The notes beneath the pieces were generated by a model. It ran no database searches. It saw only the letters and a program-made list of their open reading frames with translations, and was not told the origin of the DNA. From assembly GCA_964611205.1 (NCBI GenBank), contig CAZSZB010000001.1, positions 123,144 to 187,143 on the forward strand: a stretch of DNA of 64,000 bases, in the 5' to 3' direction. The position numbers and the translations under genes were made by a program. The stretch is from an uncultured Candidatus Saccharibacteria bacterium. Lineage in GTDB: Bacteria; Patescibacteriota; Minisyncoccia; Phycocordibacterales; UBA918. Positions 63,846-64,000 of the stretch are shown piece after piece. Position 1 is the stretch's first letter; every line of letters begins with the position of its first letter.

Positions 63846-64000
63846 TTAAATACCTTCTTCTTTTAGTTCTTCAATTAATTTTTTAGCCTTACGAGAAAGT
63901 TTTTGTGGCAAATCTATGTGTATCTTCACCATAAAATCACCGCGGTTATTACTGTAACTAGTAGGTACCCCTTTGTTTTTGATGCGTAACAACTCTCCGT
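63846..64000 (-). CDS. dnaJ: Chaperone DnaJ, C-terminal end (partial; continues beyond the window)
   Basis: Minus-strand translation ...GELLRIKNKGVPTSYSNNRGDFMVKIHIDLPQKLSRKAKKLIEELKEEGI* matches the DnaJ C-terminus. The stop is at 63846-63848. The ORF is not in the track because no start lies in the window. Confidence 0.7.
   Translation of the reverse strand, partial: GELLRIKNKGVPTSYSNNRGDFMVKIHIDLPQKLSRKAKKLIEELKEEGI

Noticed and set aside
1-64000. CRISPR arrays, rRNA genes, IS elements or transposases, and prophage structural genes
   Set aside because: I scanned for regularly spaced direct repeats, rRNA-like conserved segments, DDE transposase motifs and phage capsid, terminase or portal-like ORFs and found none. 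The only recombinase is the Xer-like gene at 44255-45247.

Overview
This 64 kb window is a low-GC (~37-40%) chromosomal stretch of housekeeping genes from a small-genome, peptidoglycan-containing bacterium. Host genes mostly lack Shine-Dalgarno (SD) sequences and sit between AT-rich intergenic regions. Gene content and the archaeal-type AspRS fit a Patescibacteria/CPR-like or other reduced Gram-positive-like lineage, but I cannot be sure of that.

Main content:
- A split dcw cell-wall/division cluster: mrdA-like PBP, mraZ-rsmH-ftsL-ftsI-murF on the + strand at 0-9 kb; mraY-ftsW-murG-dacA on the - strand at 49-53.5 kb.
- Six aminoacyl-tRNA synthetases: lysS, cysS, gltX, aspS, trpS (the sixth class is the archaeal-type aspS).
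- Ribosomal proteins L21, L9 and L27.
- DNA metabolism genes: dnaB, recR, ung, rmuC, a Pif1-like helicase, scpA and scpB.
- A Zur/Fur-zupT-YibE/F zinc locus and one tRNA-Glu(CUC).

Noteworthy items:
1. At least eight single-gene islets at ~48-52% GC, each with a strong SD and its own hairpin terminator, inserted between SD-less host genes.
2. A T-box riboswitch leader upstream of the archaeal-type aspS.
3. A close homologue of vertebrate L-arginine:glycine amidinotransferase (GATM), next to an orphan histidine kinase and a DMT exporter.
4. A tyrosine (Xer-like) recombinase beside a ~0.9 kb non-coding, extremely AT-rich region bounded by 15-bp inverted repeats. That region also holds a perfect 28-bp 11-6-11 palindrome. 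It sits where gene orientation switches from + to -, so it is a candidate dif/terminus region.
5. tRNA-Glu followed by a direct repeat of its 3' end and a cluster of perfect hairpins, including a 46-nt palindrome.

No CRISPR array, rRNA, transposase or obvious prophage was seen.
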